Part shown: in pieces, positions 46,803-56,458 of the stretch
Layout: each line of letters opens with the position of its first letter
Numbering within the stretch: the first letter of the stretch is position 1
Assembly (NCBI GenBank): GCA_035306365.1
Contig: DATGOE010000206.1
Location: 5,461-69,460, forward strand
Origin: Natronosporangium sp.
GTDB taxonomy: Bacteria; Actinomycetota; Actinomycetes; Mycobacteriales; Micromonosporaceae
Direction: 5' to 3'
DNA: 64,000 nt
Program-made: the position numbers and the translations under genes
Notes under the pieces: generated by a model
The model's database searches: none
Seen by the model: only the letters and a program-made list of their open reading frames with translations
What the model was told of the DNA's origin: nothing

Positions 46803-47963
46803 TCAGTACGACTTCGGCATGCCGAGGGCACGCTGTCCGAGGTAGGACAGGACCAGGTTGTTGCTGACCGGGGCTATCTCCAGCAGTTTCGTCTCCCGGA
46901 ACTTGCGTTCGACGTCGTACTCCCTGGCGAAGGCGTTGCCGCCGTAGGCGGTCATCGCGGCGTTGGCGGCGCGCCAGGCCGCGGTCGACGCCAGGTACTT
47001 CGCCAGGTTCGCCTCCACACCACACCGTGCGCCCCGGTCGAACAGCGCGGCAGCCTTGAAGCGCATCAGGCTGGCCGCCTCCACCGCCGCGTACGCCTCG
47101 GCGATGGGAAACTGCACGGCCTGGTTGGCCGCGACCGGCTTACCGAACACCGTCCGGGACGCGGCGTAGGCGGACGCCCGCTCGACGAAGAACCGACCGT
47201 CACCGACCGCCTCGGAGGCGATCAGGATCCGCTCCGCGTTCCAGCCGTCGATGATGTAGCGGAGCCCTTCCCCTTCCTCCCCGATCCGGTTCTCCACGGG
47301 TACCTCCAGGTCGGTCAGAAAGACCTGGTACGTGTGGTGGTTGAACATGACCGGGATCCTGGAGACCTGCACGGCGTCGCCGGCGCTGCGCAGGTCGACC
47401 AGGAGGACGGACAGCCCTCTCGTGGCCGGACCCGACGAGGGGAGCGGAGACGTGCGCACGAGCAGGAGCATGAGGTCGGAGTACGCCACGCGGGAGATGA
47501 AGGTCTTCTGACCGTTGACGACGTACCGGTCTCCCTTGCGGACGGCCGTCGTTGAGATCTTGGTGGTGTCGGAGCCGGCATCCGTCTCGGTGATGCCGAA
47601 GGCCTGCAGGCGCACCCGCCCGGCGGCGATGTCGGGAAGGTACGCTGCCTTCTGCTCCGGGCTTCCGTGCCTGAGCAGAGTGCCCATGGTGTACATCTGA
47701 GCGTGGCACGCGTTGGCGTTGCCACCGGAACGGTGGATCTCCTCCAGGATGATGCCCGCCTCCGTGATGCCGAGTCCGCCACCGCCGTACTCCTCGGGGA
47801 TCAGGACCGACAGCCACCCGAGCTCGGTGAGCGTCCGCACGAACTCCTCCGGGTAGTCTCCGGTGGCCTCCAGTCGCTGCCAGTAGCTGCCGGGAAACCG
47901 GGCACAGACCTCGCGGATGGCCTCGGCGATCGCGACCTGGTCCTCGGTGAGATCGAAGTGCAT
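46803..47963 (-). CDS. Acyl-CoA dehydrogenase
   Basis: LIPEEYGGGG, FGITETDAGSD, NGQKTFIS, AERILIASE, YGGNAFAREYDVERKFRE. Confidence 0.93.
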   Translation of the reverse strand: MHFDLTEDQVAIAEAIREVCARFPGSYWQRLEATGDYPEEFVRTLTELGWLSVLIPEEYGGGGLGITEAGIILEEIHRSGGNANACHAQMYTMGTLLRHGSPEQKAAYLPDIAAGRVRLQAFGITETDAGSDTTKISTTAVRKGDRYVVNGQKTFISRVAYSDLMLLLVRTSPLPSSGPATRGLSVLLVDLRSAGDAVQVSRIPVMFNHHTYQVFLTDLEVPVENRIGEEGEGLRYIIDGWNAERILIASEAVGDGRFFVERASAYAASRTVFGKPVAANQAVQFPIAEAYAAVEAASLMRFKAAALFDRGARCGVEANLAKYLASTAAWRAANAAMTAYGGNAFAREYDVERKFRETKLLEIAPVSNNLVLSYLGQRALGMPKSY

Positions 47964-47972
47964 GGCTGCCTC

Positions 47973-49010
47973 CTATGAGGGAGCGTCGCCCGAGAAGCTG
48001 GTGGAGCGCCAGAGGTCGGTCGCCGTCAGGAAGCGGTTGAGCTCGCCGGACAGGTCGTCGGTAGCGGGCACGTACGCGACGATGCAGCGGGTCGATCCGG
48101 CCTGCTCGTACTCGGCGAGCTTGGCGGGGAGCCGGGTGAGATCGCGGTCGGCGTACATGGGGACGCTGTCGACCATCTCGTCGGGGATGAGCGCGCGAGC
48201 TGCCGCAAACCCCTGGCTGCGGTGTGCGGCCTTGACGGCGGTGACGACCTCGCCCCATCCCATCTTCGTGAGGGTCTCGGAGTAACCGCGCTGCAGTGAG
48301 TAGAACGTGAGGACCTTCTTCAGCGCCCACCGGGCGACCGCCGGGTCCGCGGCGAGTGACACGCGCACCTTCGAGACGACCTCGAGGCTGTCGGGGTCGC
48401 GACCGGCGTCGCGGGCCCCGCTGCGGAAGTCGTCGACGATGCGCCGGATCATCGGCGGGTCGGCCATGTTGATGACGATGCCGTCGGCGATACGCCCGGC
48501 CAGACGCGCCATCTGCGGCCCGAGACCGGCGATCCAGATCCGCAGGGGTTCGGAGGGCGGCCGGAACGCCATCTTGAACGATCCGTGGGTGCGGTGGAAG
48601 TCACCGTCGTAGTCCGGGACACGTTCTCCGGAGTAGGCGGCGCGGAGGATCTCGACGTACTCCCTCATCCGCCGCAGTGGCCGGTCGAAGGTCTGTCCGT
48701 GCCAGCCCGCGATGACCGGGTTGCCGACCCCGAGCCCGAGGATGAGCCGGTTGCCGGACAGCTCGTTGAAGGAGGCCGCCTGCAGGGCCAGGGTGATGGG
48801 GGAGCGGCCGTAGATGTGGTAGATCGCCGTCCCCAGCATGATGGTGGAGGTCGTGGCGGCCATGGCCGACAGGAGCACCATGGGGTCACGCGAGTTCGAC
48901 TCGCCCTTCCATACCGCACCGAAACCGACCCGCTCGGCCACCTGCGCCGACTCCAGGCAGATCCTCATCGGGATCTGCGCGGCGGAGTTGAACTCCGTGT
49001 CGATGATCAT
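47973..49010 (-). CDS. LLM-class flavin (probably F420)-dependent oxidoreductase, Mer-like
   Basis: AERVGFGAVW, SGNRLILGLG, RMREYVEILR, GPQMARLAGRIADG. Confidence 0.88.
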   Translation of the reverse strand: MIIDTEFNSAAQIPMRICLESAQVAERVGFGAVWKGESNSRDPMVLLSAMAATTSTIMLGTAIYHIYGRSPITLALQAASFNELSGNRLILGLGVGNPVIAGWHGQTFDRPLRRMREYVEILRAAYSGERVPDYDGDFHRTHGSFKMAFRPPSEPLRIWIAGLGPQMARLAGRIADGIVINMADPPMIRRIVDDFRSGARDAGRDPDSLEVVSKVRVSLAADPAVARWALKKVLTFYSLQRGYSETLTKMGWGEVVTAVKAAHRSQGFAAARALIPDEMVDSVPMYADRDLTRLPAKLAEYEQAGSTRCIVAYVPATDDLSGELNRFLTATDLWRSTSFSGDAPS

Positions 49011-49040
49011 GCGACTCTCCTCCCGTGATGGCCGGCCCGC

Positions 49041-49805
49041 TCAGCGCGTGTACCAACCGTGCGGATCGAGCCGGCTGCGGATGAGATCCAGCTGCTCGGC
49101 CGTTGGTGCGGGGGTCTCGGCCGGCGCTCCTCTGAGCAGCGGGATCGGCGTGTCGGCGACGACCGCGTCGGGGTCCTCGCCCGGATGCACACTGTCAAGG
49201 ACCGCTCCCTGCGGGCCGATGGCGATGACGGCGCGGTCGGTCACGATCGCGCACGTCCCTCCACCGGTGAGCCCGAACTGGTCGCGAGGGCGGCCCCGCA
49301 CCATCCGCCCGGGGCTGGTCACGAAGGGCAGCACCCGGGCGAACTTGCGCGGCTGGTGGCTCATGATGACCACGGTGCGGGCCGCGTGCGAGGCGATGTC
49401 GTTGCCGCCTCCGGAGCCGTTGAAGCGCCGCCGCGAACCGTCCTCGGCGACCACCTCGGTGGTGTTGATCGATCCCCATTGGTCCACCTGCAGGGCACCG
49501 AGCATTCCCAGGGTGACACGCCGGCCGTGGAGCATGACGCCCAGGATCTCCAGCATCGACCCGAAGGACGACCCACCCTGCCACATGCGCGGGTCCGCGA
49601 TGCCCATCGCCGGCTCGGTCGGGTCGGGCTCGAACACGCCGATCTCCAGCAGCAGGCGGGTCGACGGGGCGTGCGTGTACCGCGCCAGCAGGGCGGCGAC
49701 CTGCGGCAGCCCAAGCCCGACGATGGCGACGTCCCCGTCGCGGACCTGAAGGGACCCGGCCACGGCCAGCATCTCGCCCCGGGTCCAGGCCGGCCTGGCC
49801 GTCAT
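49041..49805 (-). CDS. Class I CoA-transferase beta subunit (GctB/PcaJ-like)
   Basis: VGLGLP, LLLEIG (catalytic Glu position), LGALQVDQWGSINT, GSGGGNDIA, FVTSPG. Confidence 0.88.
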   Translation of the reverse strand: MTARPAWTRGEMLAVAGSLQVRDGDVAIVGLGLPQVAALLARYTHAPSTRLLLEIGVFEPDPTEPAMGIADPRMWQGGSSFGSMLEILGVMLHGRRVTLGMLGALQVDQWGSINTTEVVAEDGSRRRFNGSGGGNDIASHAARTVVIMSHQPRKFARVLPFVTSPGRMVRGRPRDQFGLTGGGTCAIVTDRAVIAIGPQGAVLDSVHPGEDPDAVVADTPIPLLRGAPAETPAPTAEQLDLIRSRLDPHGWYTR

Positions 49806-50656
49806 GCCGCCGCCTTGGACAGGAACGCGTCGAACGTGCCGGTGCCGAAGACCCACTCGTCCAGATAGGCCGCCGTGCCTGCGGCATCCGCCGCCGCCTG
49901 GGCGTACCGCCTCAGGTGGGCGCCGTCGTAGTCGTAGCGCCCGAACACCGCGGTGGGGTACGCGCCCCGGGGTGCGGCGACCACCGCGTGGACGAGGGCA
50001 GCCGGAATGTGCACGTGCGACGGGTCGATGGCACCTACGTCGACCACCTCCTCGGCCAGGACGATGACGGTGTCGGCGGCCCGGACCGTCTCGGGAATGC
50101 TCCAGGTGGGCCCGGCGATGACGGCGTTCCCGGCGGTGTCGGCGACGTCGACGTGCACCACGGCGACGTCGGTCCGCAGGGGCGGCAGGACCAGACACGG
50201 GGTCCCGTCGAACGGATCCTCCGCGAGGCGTGCGTGGCCGCCGGCGATGAGCGCCTGTGCGAGGTCGGAGCCGAGCAGGGAGCGCGTCGCGATGAACGGC
50301 AGGCCCAGCGCACCCGCGTGCAACCGCAGCGTCAGCGCCAGGGCCGAGTACTCGACCAGTCGCAACGTACCCGCCATGGCGGCCCGGTTGACCGCGTGCA
50401 ACGGCCCGAAGCGGTCCAGCGATCCGCCGCCGTAGGAGAGGTCGTCGACCGCGCCCGCGGCCACCAGCAGGTCCGTCTCCATCCCCCCGATGACCTGGGT
50501 CAGGGACAGCCGGTGACGGCGCGCCCGGACCAGCTCGTGCGCGAACGCGACAGCGTTTCGCGTGATGGCGAAGCCGCACAGCGCCAGCCTCGTCCCGTCC
50601 CGGATGTCCGCCACGACGTCGGCGAGGCTCTCGCGACGGTCGGGTCCGGCCCTCAT
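49802..50656 (-). CDS. Class I CoA-transferase alpha subunit (GctA/PcaI-like)
   Basis: IRDG...GF, AGALGLPF, LLGSD, DVAVVH...ADTAGN, AEEVV, APRGAYP, YDYD. Confidence 0.88.
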   Translation of the reverse strand: MRAGPDRRESLADVVADIRDGTRLALCGFAITRNAVAFAHELVRARRHRLSLTQVIGGMETDLLVAAGAVDDLSYGGGSLDRFGPLHAVNRAAMAGTLRLVEYSALALTLRLHAGALGLPFIATRSLLGSDLAQALIAGGHARLAEDPFDGTPCLVLPPLRTDVAVVHVDVADTAGNAVIAGPTWSIPETVRAADTVIVLAEEVVDVGAIDPSHVHIPAALVHAVVAAPRGAYPTAVFGRYDYDGAHLRRYAQAAADAAGTAAYLDEWVFGTGTFDAFLSKAAA

Positions 50657-51690
50657 GGGTGCGCCGGCTCCGGATCCAGACCGAGCAGCCGCGCCGGCGT
50701 GTCGCACAGGATGGTCTTCACGTCCGCCGGCTCCACCCCGAACCCGAGCAGCGCGCGCACGAACACGCGCATGCCGGCGACGCTGTCCAGGTGCAGCACC
50801 TGCCCGAAGTCCGACCCGCTGACGCACCGGGCCGGACCGATTCTCCGGATGACCTCGACCGTCTCCATCGGATCCTGCACCGGCTGGTACAGAGACGGGA
50901 TCATCGGCTGGCAGTACACCCCGACATATGTGCCCAGATCCGCCAGGGTCGCCATCTCGGTCAGCAGCAGCTTGTTCAGCTCCAGCAGCGGGTGGTCCAG
51001 CACCGTGCGGACCCCCAGCTCGTTGGCGAGTGTGCACAGGGGCAGCAGCTCCTCGTAGTCGGTGTGTCCCAGCCCGATGGCGACACCCGCCTCCGCCGCG
51101 ATCGACATCACCTCCCGGACCTCCGGAAGGACCTCTCCCGAGGGGGCCACCAGGCGGATGTACTCGTCCGGGTCAGGGTCCAGGTTCGCCGAGCGCGCCC
51201 ACCCGTAGGACCTGAACGTGGGGAACCAGATGCACTTGAAGTTCGGATACTTCAGGGCGACCCGGACCGCCTGGGGGTTGACACCGAGGTTGAGGCCCAG
51301 CCCGCCGTAGACCTCCACCCGGTGTGTCAGGCGCCCGTCGAGGACCATCTCGTCGATCTGCTTCTGCACCAGGTACGCCGCACCGGCGGTGAGGTTCCAG
51401 TGGTCCTTGAACGCGACCGCCCGCATCTTCGCGCGTGACGCGTCGACCGCGATCTGCAGCATGTCCTGCGAACGGGGAACGAAGTCGGGGAAGGCGTGGA
51501 TGTGGTGGTCGATCGCGCCCTCGAGGAACTCGTCCTCGACCCCCGGACGGATCGCCGTCAGCCGGGGATTGTCCTTGAGCATCTCATAGAAGTAGGTGCG
51601 CGAGTTCAGCTGGCGTGCCCGCGCCACGGTCAGGGTCCGACCCACGCGCTGTTCCCCGGCCGCCTCCGTAAGGACATGCTCGTCACACAT
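50653..51690 (-). CDS. Amidohydrolase-superfamily metalloenzyme (DUF6282-like)
   Basis: GAIDHHIHAFPD (HxH), FKDH, IWFPT, GLGH, DHP, GSDFGQ. Confidence 0.8.
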   Translation of the reverse strand: MCDEHVLTEAAGEQRVGRTLTVARARQLNSRTYFYEMLKDNPRLTAIRPGVEDEFLEGAIDHHIHAFPDFVPRSQDMLQIAVDASRAKMRAVAFKDHWNLTAGAAYLVQKQIDEMVLDGRLTHRVEVYGGLGLNLGVNPQAVRVALKYPNFKCIWFPTFRSYGWARSANLDPDPDEYIRLVAPSGEVLPEVREVMSIAAEAGVAIGLGHTDYEELLPLCTLANELGVRTVLDHPLLELNKLLLTEMATLADLGTYVGVYCQPMIPSLYQPVQDPMETVEVIRRIGPARCVSGSDFGQVLHLDSVAGMRVFVRALLGFGVEPADVKTILCDTPARLLGLDPEPAHP

Positions 51691-51793
51691 GTGCCTGGTC
51701 GCCTCGCATCCGTGTCCGCTGTCTCGACCTGGTCCGGGCAGGGGTCGCCGGCCGCGGAGCTGTGGCTCAGCCGCGCCACCGGGCGACATAGTG

Positions 51794-51857
51794 TCCTGAT
51801 ATTCAGGAGATCCAGCCCTTATATCGGGAAGATAGACGGAGAGGCCTGCCACGTCAA
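51794..51857 (-). promoter_or_regulatory. Promoter of leftward catabolic operon with tandem operator sites
   Basis: Minus strand TTGACG (51852-51857)-17-TATCTT (51829-51834); perfect palindrome TCCTGA-TAT-TCAGGA 51794-51808 and partial site 51815-51829. Confidence 0.8.
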
Positions 51858-51979
51858 CAGTCGGGGGCTGCCCGCAACCGGGCCGCCTACGATGCGGGAT
51901 CCGCACCGGTCCACACTTTGTGCTGTTCAAGGCCGTCCCGATCAACCTGGCTCGCCGCCCGAGGCCGGCTGGTCCCTTC

Positions 51980-52043
51980 TTGACAACCCGCTGGTGTCGC
52001 CATAGCCTCCCAGATCTAAAGCCAACCGTTTCGTTTATCGGGA
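51980..52043 (+). promoter_or_regulatory. Promoter of rightward ABC/lyase operon with partial operator sites
   Basis: TTGACA-17-TAGCCT (51980-52008); TCCCAG at 52008 and TTATCGGGA ending 52043. Confidence 0.8.
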
Positions 52044-52088
52044 ATCAACCTCGACCCCACGCCCGGCACCGACGACGGGAGTTGAGCC

Positions 52089-52934
52089 ATCCGACCAGCC
52101 ACCACGTCCCCAGCAGCCGCGTCGGGCGCCACCGCCGCCGCGGTACGCCGACGGCCGTGGTCGCTGCCGGGTCGGCGGGCGGGCAAAGGGGCGGTGGGCG
52201 TGGCTGCCGCGGTGGGCGTGTGGGAGTTGCTCCGCGCCGTCGGGGTGTTCCCGGAGCCGTTCGTCCCCTCGTTCGGCTCGATCGTCATCGCCGCGGGGCG
52301 GGATCTGCTCAACGGGACGCTCCTGCGCCCGCTCGCGACCACGTTGACCGCCTGGTCACTGGGTCTGGCGATCGCGGCCGGCCTGGGTCTGGTGCTCGGC
52401 GCGGCGATGGGCACGTGGTGGTGGGCCGCCGCCACCGGCAGGATCCTCGTCCGCTTCCTGCGTCCCGTCCCGTCCGTGGCGCTCATACCGGTCGCCATCC
52501 TCGCCGCGGGACTGGGCCTGAAGATGACGCTCATCCTGGTGGTCTTCGCCAGCGTGTGGCCGATCCTGATCAACACCGCGTACGGTGTCCGCGAGGTCCC
52601 CCAGCCGTACCGCGACACCGGCCGGGTGGCCGGGCTGTCAGCGTCCCGGGTGGTGCTGCGGGTGACCGTTCCCGCGGCGCTACCGGCCGTGGCGACCGGC
52701 ATCCGCGTCTCCGCCGCGATCGCGCTCGCGGTCACGATCGCCACCGAGCTGATCACCGGCACGGGAGGGCTGGGCGCCCACATCCAGACCGCGCGTCAGG
52801 GCGCCCAGTTCGTGGACGCCTACGCGGGCATCCTCCTTGGTGGATTGATCGGCCACCTCATCAACATCGTCGCTCTCGGGCTGGAGCGGCGGGTGTTGTT
52901 CTGGAGTGCCGAGCACAGGAAGCAGCGATCATGA
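52089..52934 (+). CDS. ABC transporter permease (SsuC/TauC/NitT type)
   Basis: FLRPVPSVALIP, WPILINT, PAALP..ATGIR; first canonical start is GTG 52194, but the frame is open from an SD-preceded ATC at 52089. Confidence 0.88.
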   Translation: MRPATTSPAAASGATAAAVRRRPWSLPGRRAGKGAVGVAAAVGVWELLRAVGVFPEPFVPSFGSIVIAAGRDLLNGTLLRPLATTLTAWSLGLAIAAGLGLVLGAAMGTWWWAAATGRILVRFLRPVPSVALIPVAILAAGLGLKMTLILVVFASVWPILINTAYGVREVPQPYRDTGRVAGLSASRVVLRVTVPAALPAVATGIRVSAAIALAVTIATELITGTGGLGAHIQTARQGAQFVDAYAGILLGGLIGHLINIVALGLERRVLFWSAEHRKQRS

Positions 52935-53722
52935 GCACGGCACGGGCCGCGGTGGCAGCCAGCGCGGAACGGTTGCTCGGCTGGCTGGCGTTCGTGGGTG
53001 CGGTGGCGGCCTGGCAGGTGGTCGCGACCATGGGAGAGGCCCGCTCGGTCGCCTCCTTCGGCGACTCCGCCCGCGCCCTGGTGGACATCCTGTGGGGTCC
53101 GGACCTGGCTGACCACGTCCTGCCCTCACTGGGCAGGGTGGTGGCCGGCTTCGGCGTGACCGCCCTCGTCGGGATCGGGTTCGGCCTGCTGTTGGGAACC
53201 TTCCACGGAATAGAGCCGTGGGTCCGGCCGGTGATCGAGTTCCTACGGGCGGTGCCGCCGCCGCTCATCGTTCCCGTGGCGATGATGATCATGGGCTTGT
53301 CCGGGAACGTGGTCATCACCGTGATCGTCTTCGGCACGCTCTGGCCCGTACTCATCAACACCCTCGACGGCGCCAGCCGGGTCGAGCCGCTCTACCTCGA
53401 CACCGCGCGTGTCTTCCGCAGTCCCCGTTGGGTGGTCCTGCGGTCGGTGGTCCTCCCCGCCAGCCTGCCGACGATCATGGCCGGCCTGCGGACCGCCCTG
53501 AGCATCTCACTGATCATGCTGGTGCTGGGCGAGATGCTCGCCTCCAGCACCGGTATCGGCTACCTCATCCTCACCTCGCAGCAGACCTTCGACGTGCCCG
53601 CCACCTACGGAGGGGTCCTCCTGCTGGGCCTGCTGGGCTGGACGTTCGACACGCTGTTCGTGGTCATCGAGCGGCGGGTCCTGCGCTGGAACAGTGAGTT
53701 TTCCGGAGGAAGCGATGTCTAG
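52931..53722 (+). CDS. ABC transporter permease (SsuC/TauC/NitT type)
   Basis: EFLRAVPP, WPVLINT, LPASLPTIMAGLR, GIGY. Confidence 0.9.
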   Translation: MSTARAAVAASAERLLGWLAFVGAVAAWQVVATMGEARSVASFGDSARALVDILWGPDLADHVLPSLGRVVAGFGVTALVGIGFGLLLGTFHGIEPWVRPVIEFLRAVPPPLIVPVAMMIMGLSGNVVITVIVFGTLWPVLINTLDGASRVEPLYLDTARVFRSPRWVVLRSVVLPASLPTIMAGLRTALSISLIMLVLGEMLASSTGIGYLILTSQQTFDVPATYGGVLLLGLLGWTFDTLFVVIERRVLRWNSEFSGGSDV

Positions 53723-54542
53723 CGGCGCTTCGCTCGAGTGCCGGGACCTGGTCAAGAGCTTTCCGACACCGGCCGGGGAGCGGAGGGTCATCGAGCATCT
53801 GTCGATGCGTGTCGAGCCGGGCGAGTTCGCCGTCATCCTGGGACCGTCGGGCTGCGGAAAGACGACGCTGCTGCGGACGCTGAGCGGGTTGCTGCCCGTC
53901 GACCACGGTGAGGTCCGGGTGGACGGCCACGTCGTGCGGGACGTCCCCGACGACGTGGCCGTCGTGTTCCAGGAGTACAACAAGAGTCTCTTCCCGTGGC
54001 TGACCCTGGAGCGCAACGTACGGTTCGCGCTGCGCGGGCTCGGTAAGGCGCAGGCACGCGAGCGCGCCCGGGCCGCGCTGAGGAGGGTAGGTCTCGCCGA
54101 GTCCGCCCAGCAGTACCCGTGGCAGGTCTCCGGCGGGATGCAGCAGCGGGCGGCGATCGCGCGCGCTCTCGCCTGCCACGCCAACCTCGTCATCATGGAC
54201 GAGCCCTTCGCATCGGTCGACGCGTTGACCCGGATCCACCTCGAGCTCATGCTGCTGGACATCTGGACCGAGTCACGGTTCACCGTCGTCTTCGTCACGC
54301 ACGACATCGAAGAGGCGGTCCTGCTGGCCGACCGGATATTCGTCCTGTCCAGCCGCCCGGCGCGGGTAAAGGACGAGATCGTGGTCGGACTTCCCCGGCC
54401 GCGGGACCCGATCGCGACCAAGGCGCTGCCGCGGTTTCAGCAACTGCGGGAGCGCATCTTCGACCTCATCGAAGGCGCTGCGGGGGCGCCGATGCGCCGG
54501 GATGAGGGTCTGTCGGCACACCATCTCACCGCTGGCGGTTGA
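53715..54542 (+). CDS. ABC transporter ATP-binding protein (TauB/SsuB type)
   Basis: GPSGCGKT, SGGMQQR, MDEPF, FVTHDIEEA. Confidence 0.95.
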   Translation: MSSGASLECRDLVKSFPTPAGERRVIEHLSMRVEPGEFAVILGPSGCGKTTLLRTLSGLLPVDHGEVRVDGHVVRDVPDDVAVVFQEYNKSLFPWLTLERNVRFALRGLGKAQARERARAALRRVGLAESAQQYPWQVSGGMQQRAAIARALACHANLVIMDEPFASVDALTRIHLELMLLDIWTESRFTVVFVTHDIEEAVLLADRIFVLSSRPARVKDEIVVGLPRPRDPIATKALPRFQQLRERIFDLIEGAAGAPMRRDEGLSAHHLTAGG

Positions 54543-54551
54543 CCTAGGAGA

Positions 54552-55535
54552 GTGAACATGGGACGCAGCAAGCCAGTGATGGCCCTCGTGGCCACCCTCG
54601 CCACCGGTGTGGCGCTGTCCGCCTGTGGCGGCGGTGACAGCGGCCAGGACGGCGCGACCGAGATCACAGTCGGGATCATCCCGGTGGCGGACGCGGGCGG
54701 CTACTTCGTGGCCGACGCCCAGGGGCTGTTCGAGAAGCACGGCCTCACGGTGACCGCGTCGAACATCGCCGGAGGCGCGGCGCTGGTCCCGGCGCTGGAG
54801 TCCGGCGCCACCAACGTGGGATTCTCGAACCTCGTGTCGGTGCTCCAGTCCGCGGCACAAGGGTTCAACACCAAGTGCATCGCCGGAACCCTGCGCAAGC
54901 CGGTGACCGGCCGCAACCTCGCCCTCGTCGTCTCGCCGGTGTACGCCGACGAGATCACCACGGCCAGGGACCTGGAGGGCAAGACCATCGCGGTGAACAC
55001 GCTGGGCAACATCAACCAGCTGGTGGCCCAGGCGTGGATGGCCGACAGCGGCGCGGACGCGGGCTCGCCCCGCTTCGTGGCCGTCAACTTCCCCGACATG
55101 CCGGTCGCACTCATGAACGGTGACGTCGCCGCGGCGGTGACCGACGAGCCCTTCACCACCGTCTCACTGGAGGGCGGTGCCAAGCTCCTCGAGCCCCGTC
55201 CGTACCAGGCGATCGCGGCCGACCCGGTGTTCAGCTGTTGGCTGGTGGACGGCGCGTGGCTAGAGGAGAACCGGTCCGCCGCCGAGGCCTTCGTCGCGGC
55301 GCTGGAGGAGGCGGACGCCTACCTGGAGGCGCATCCTGACTACCTGCGCGAGATCCTTCCCGACTACACGAGCCTTTCACCGGAGCTCGCCTCGCAGATC
55401 GAGCTACCCGCGATCACGACCGAGATGAGCACCGCCGACCTCGCCGCCTGGGTGGGTCCGGCGCGCGAGTTCGGTCTCATCGACAAGGAGGTCGACGTCG
55501 ACTCGATCCTGGTCCACCTTGGTTCCCGTTCCTGA
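54552..55535 (+). CDS. ABC substrate-binding lipoprotein (SsuA/NMT1-like)
   Basis: Lipobox LSAC; GLFEKHGL, DLEGKTIAVN, GDVAAA..EPF. Confidence 0.88.
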   Translation: MNMGRSKPVMALVATLATGVALSACGGGDSGQDGATEITVGIIPVADAGGYFVADAQGLFEKHGLTVTASNIAGGAALVPALESGATNVGFSNLVSVLQSAAQGFNTKCIAGTLRKPVTGRNLALVVSPVYADEITTARDLEGKTIAVNTLGNINQLVAQAWMADSGADAGSPRFVAVNFPDMPVALMNGDVAAAVTDEPFTTVSLEGGAKLLEPRPYQAIAADPVFSCWLVDGAWLEENRSAAEAFVAALEEADAYLEAHPDYLREILPDYTSLSPELASQIELPAITTEMSTADLAAWVGPAREFGLIDKEVDVDSILVHLGSRS

Positions 55536-55581
55536 CCGACACGTCGCCGTTCCCGCCCGCGAGGCAGGAGGGAGGTTCTCA

Positions 55582-56457
55582 ATGGCGCGGCCGACGAGGT
55601 CGTGGATGTTCGTGCCCGGCAACGTCCAGCGCTTCCTCGACAAGGCTGCCGGCAGCAGCGCGGACGTGGTCTTCCTCGACCTCGAGGACGGCGTACTGCC
55701 GGAGAGCAAGTCGCGGGCACGCGACATGGTGGTCACGGCCCTGCGGCGGCAGTGGCACGGACCTTTGCGATTCGTGCGGGTGAACGCCGTCGACACGCCC
55801 TGGTTCGAGGACGACCTGGCCGCGATCGTGGTGCCCGGCCTTGACGGAGTGTGCCTCCCCAAGGTGGAGGACGCGGAGGTGGTGCGCGACGTGGCAGCGC
55901 GGCTGGCGCGGTGGGAGTCCCGGAACGGCCTCGCGCCGGGATCCGTACGGGTCGTTGCCGCGATCGAGACCGCGCGCGGCCTCCTCCGCGCCCACGACGT
56001 CGCGGCGAGCGATCCCCGCGTCCTGGGGCTGATGTTCGGTGCTGAGGACTTCGCGCTCGACCTCGGCCTGGGCACCCACCGCGAAGCCGAGGCGGCCGAG
56101 TTGCTGGTCGCGCGCTCGTCGCTGGTGGTGGCGGCCGCGGCCGCACGGGTGCAGTCCATCGACGGCGTCTTCCCCGATCTTGACGACCCGGAGGGGCTGC
56201 TGGCCGATGTCGTGCGCGCGCGCCGGCTCGGCTTCAGCGGCAAGTCCACCTTCAACCCGCGGCAGGTCGAGGTCATCAACCGCGTCTTCAGCCCTCAGCC
56301 GGACGAGATCGAGTACGCCGAACGGGTGGTGGCGGCGTTCGAGGCGGCGCAGGCCCGCGGCGAGGCCTCGGTGGCGGTGGGCGGGCAGCTCGTGGACCTG
56401 CCCATCGTCCGCCGGGCGCAGCGGACCCTGGAACTCGCACGAGGTGAGGACGGTTGA
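55582..56457 (+). CDS. CitE-like acyl-CoA lyase (citramalyl/malyl-CoA lyase family)
   Basis: RSWMFVPG, DLEDGV, VRVN, LPKVE, IETA, FGAED, GKS, NPRQV. Confidence 0.92.
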   Translation: MARPTRSWMFVPGNVQRFLDKAAGSSADVVFLDLEDGVLPESKSRARDMVVTALRRQWHGPLRFVRVNAVDTPWFEDDLAAIVVPGLDGVCLPKVEDAEVVRDVAARLARWESRNGLAPGSVRVVAAIETARGLLRAHDVAASDPRVLGLMFGAEDFALDLGLGTHREAEAAELLVARSSLVVAAAAARVQSIDGVFPDLDDPEGLLADVVRARRLGFSGKSTFNPRQVEVINRVFSPQPDEIEYAERVVAAFEAAQARGEASVAVGGQLVDLPIVRRAQRTLELARGEDG

Positions 56458-56458
56458 C

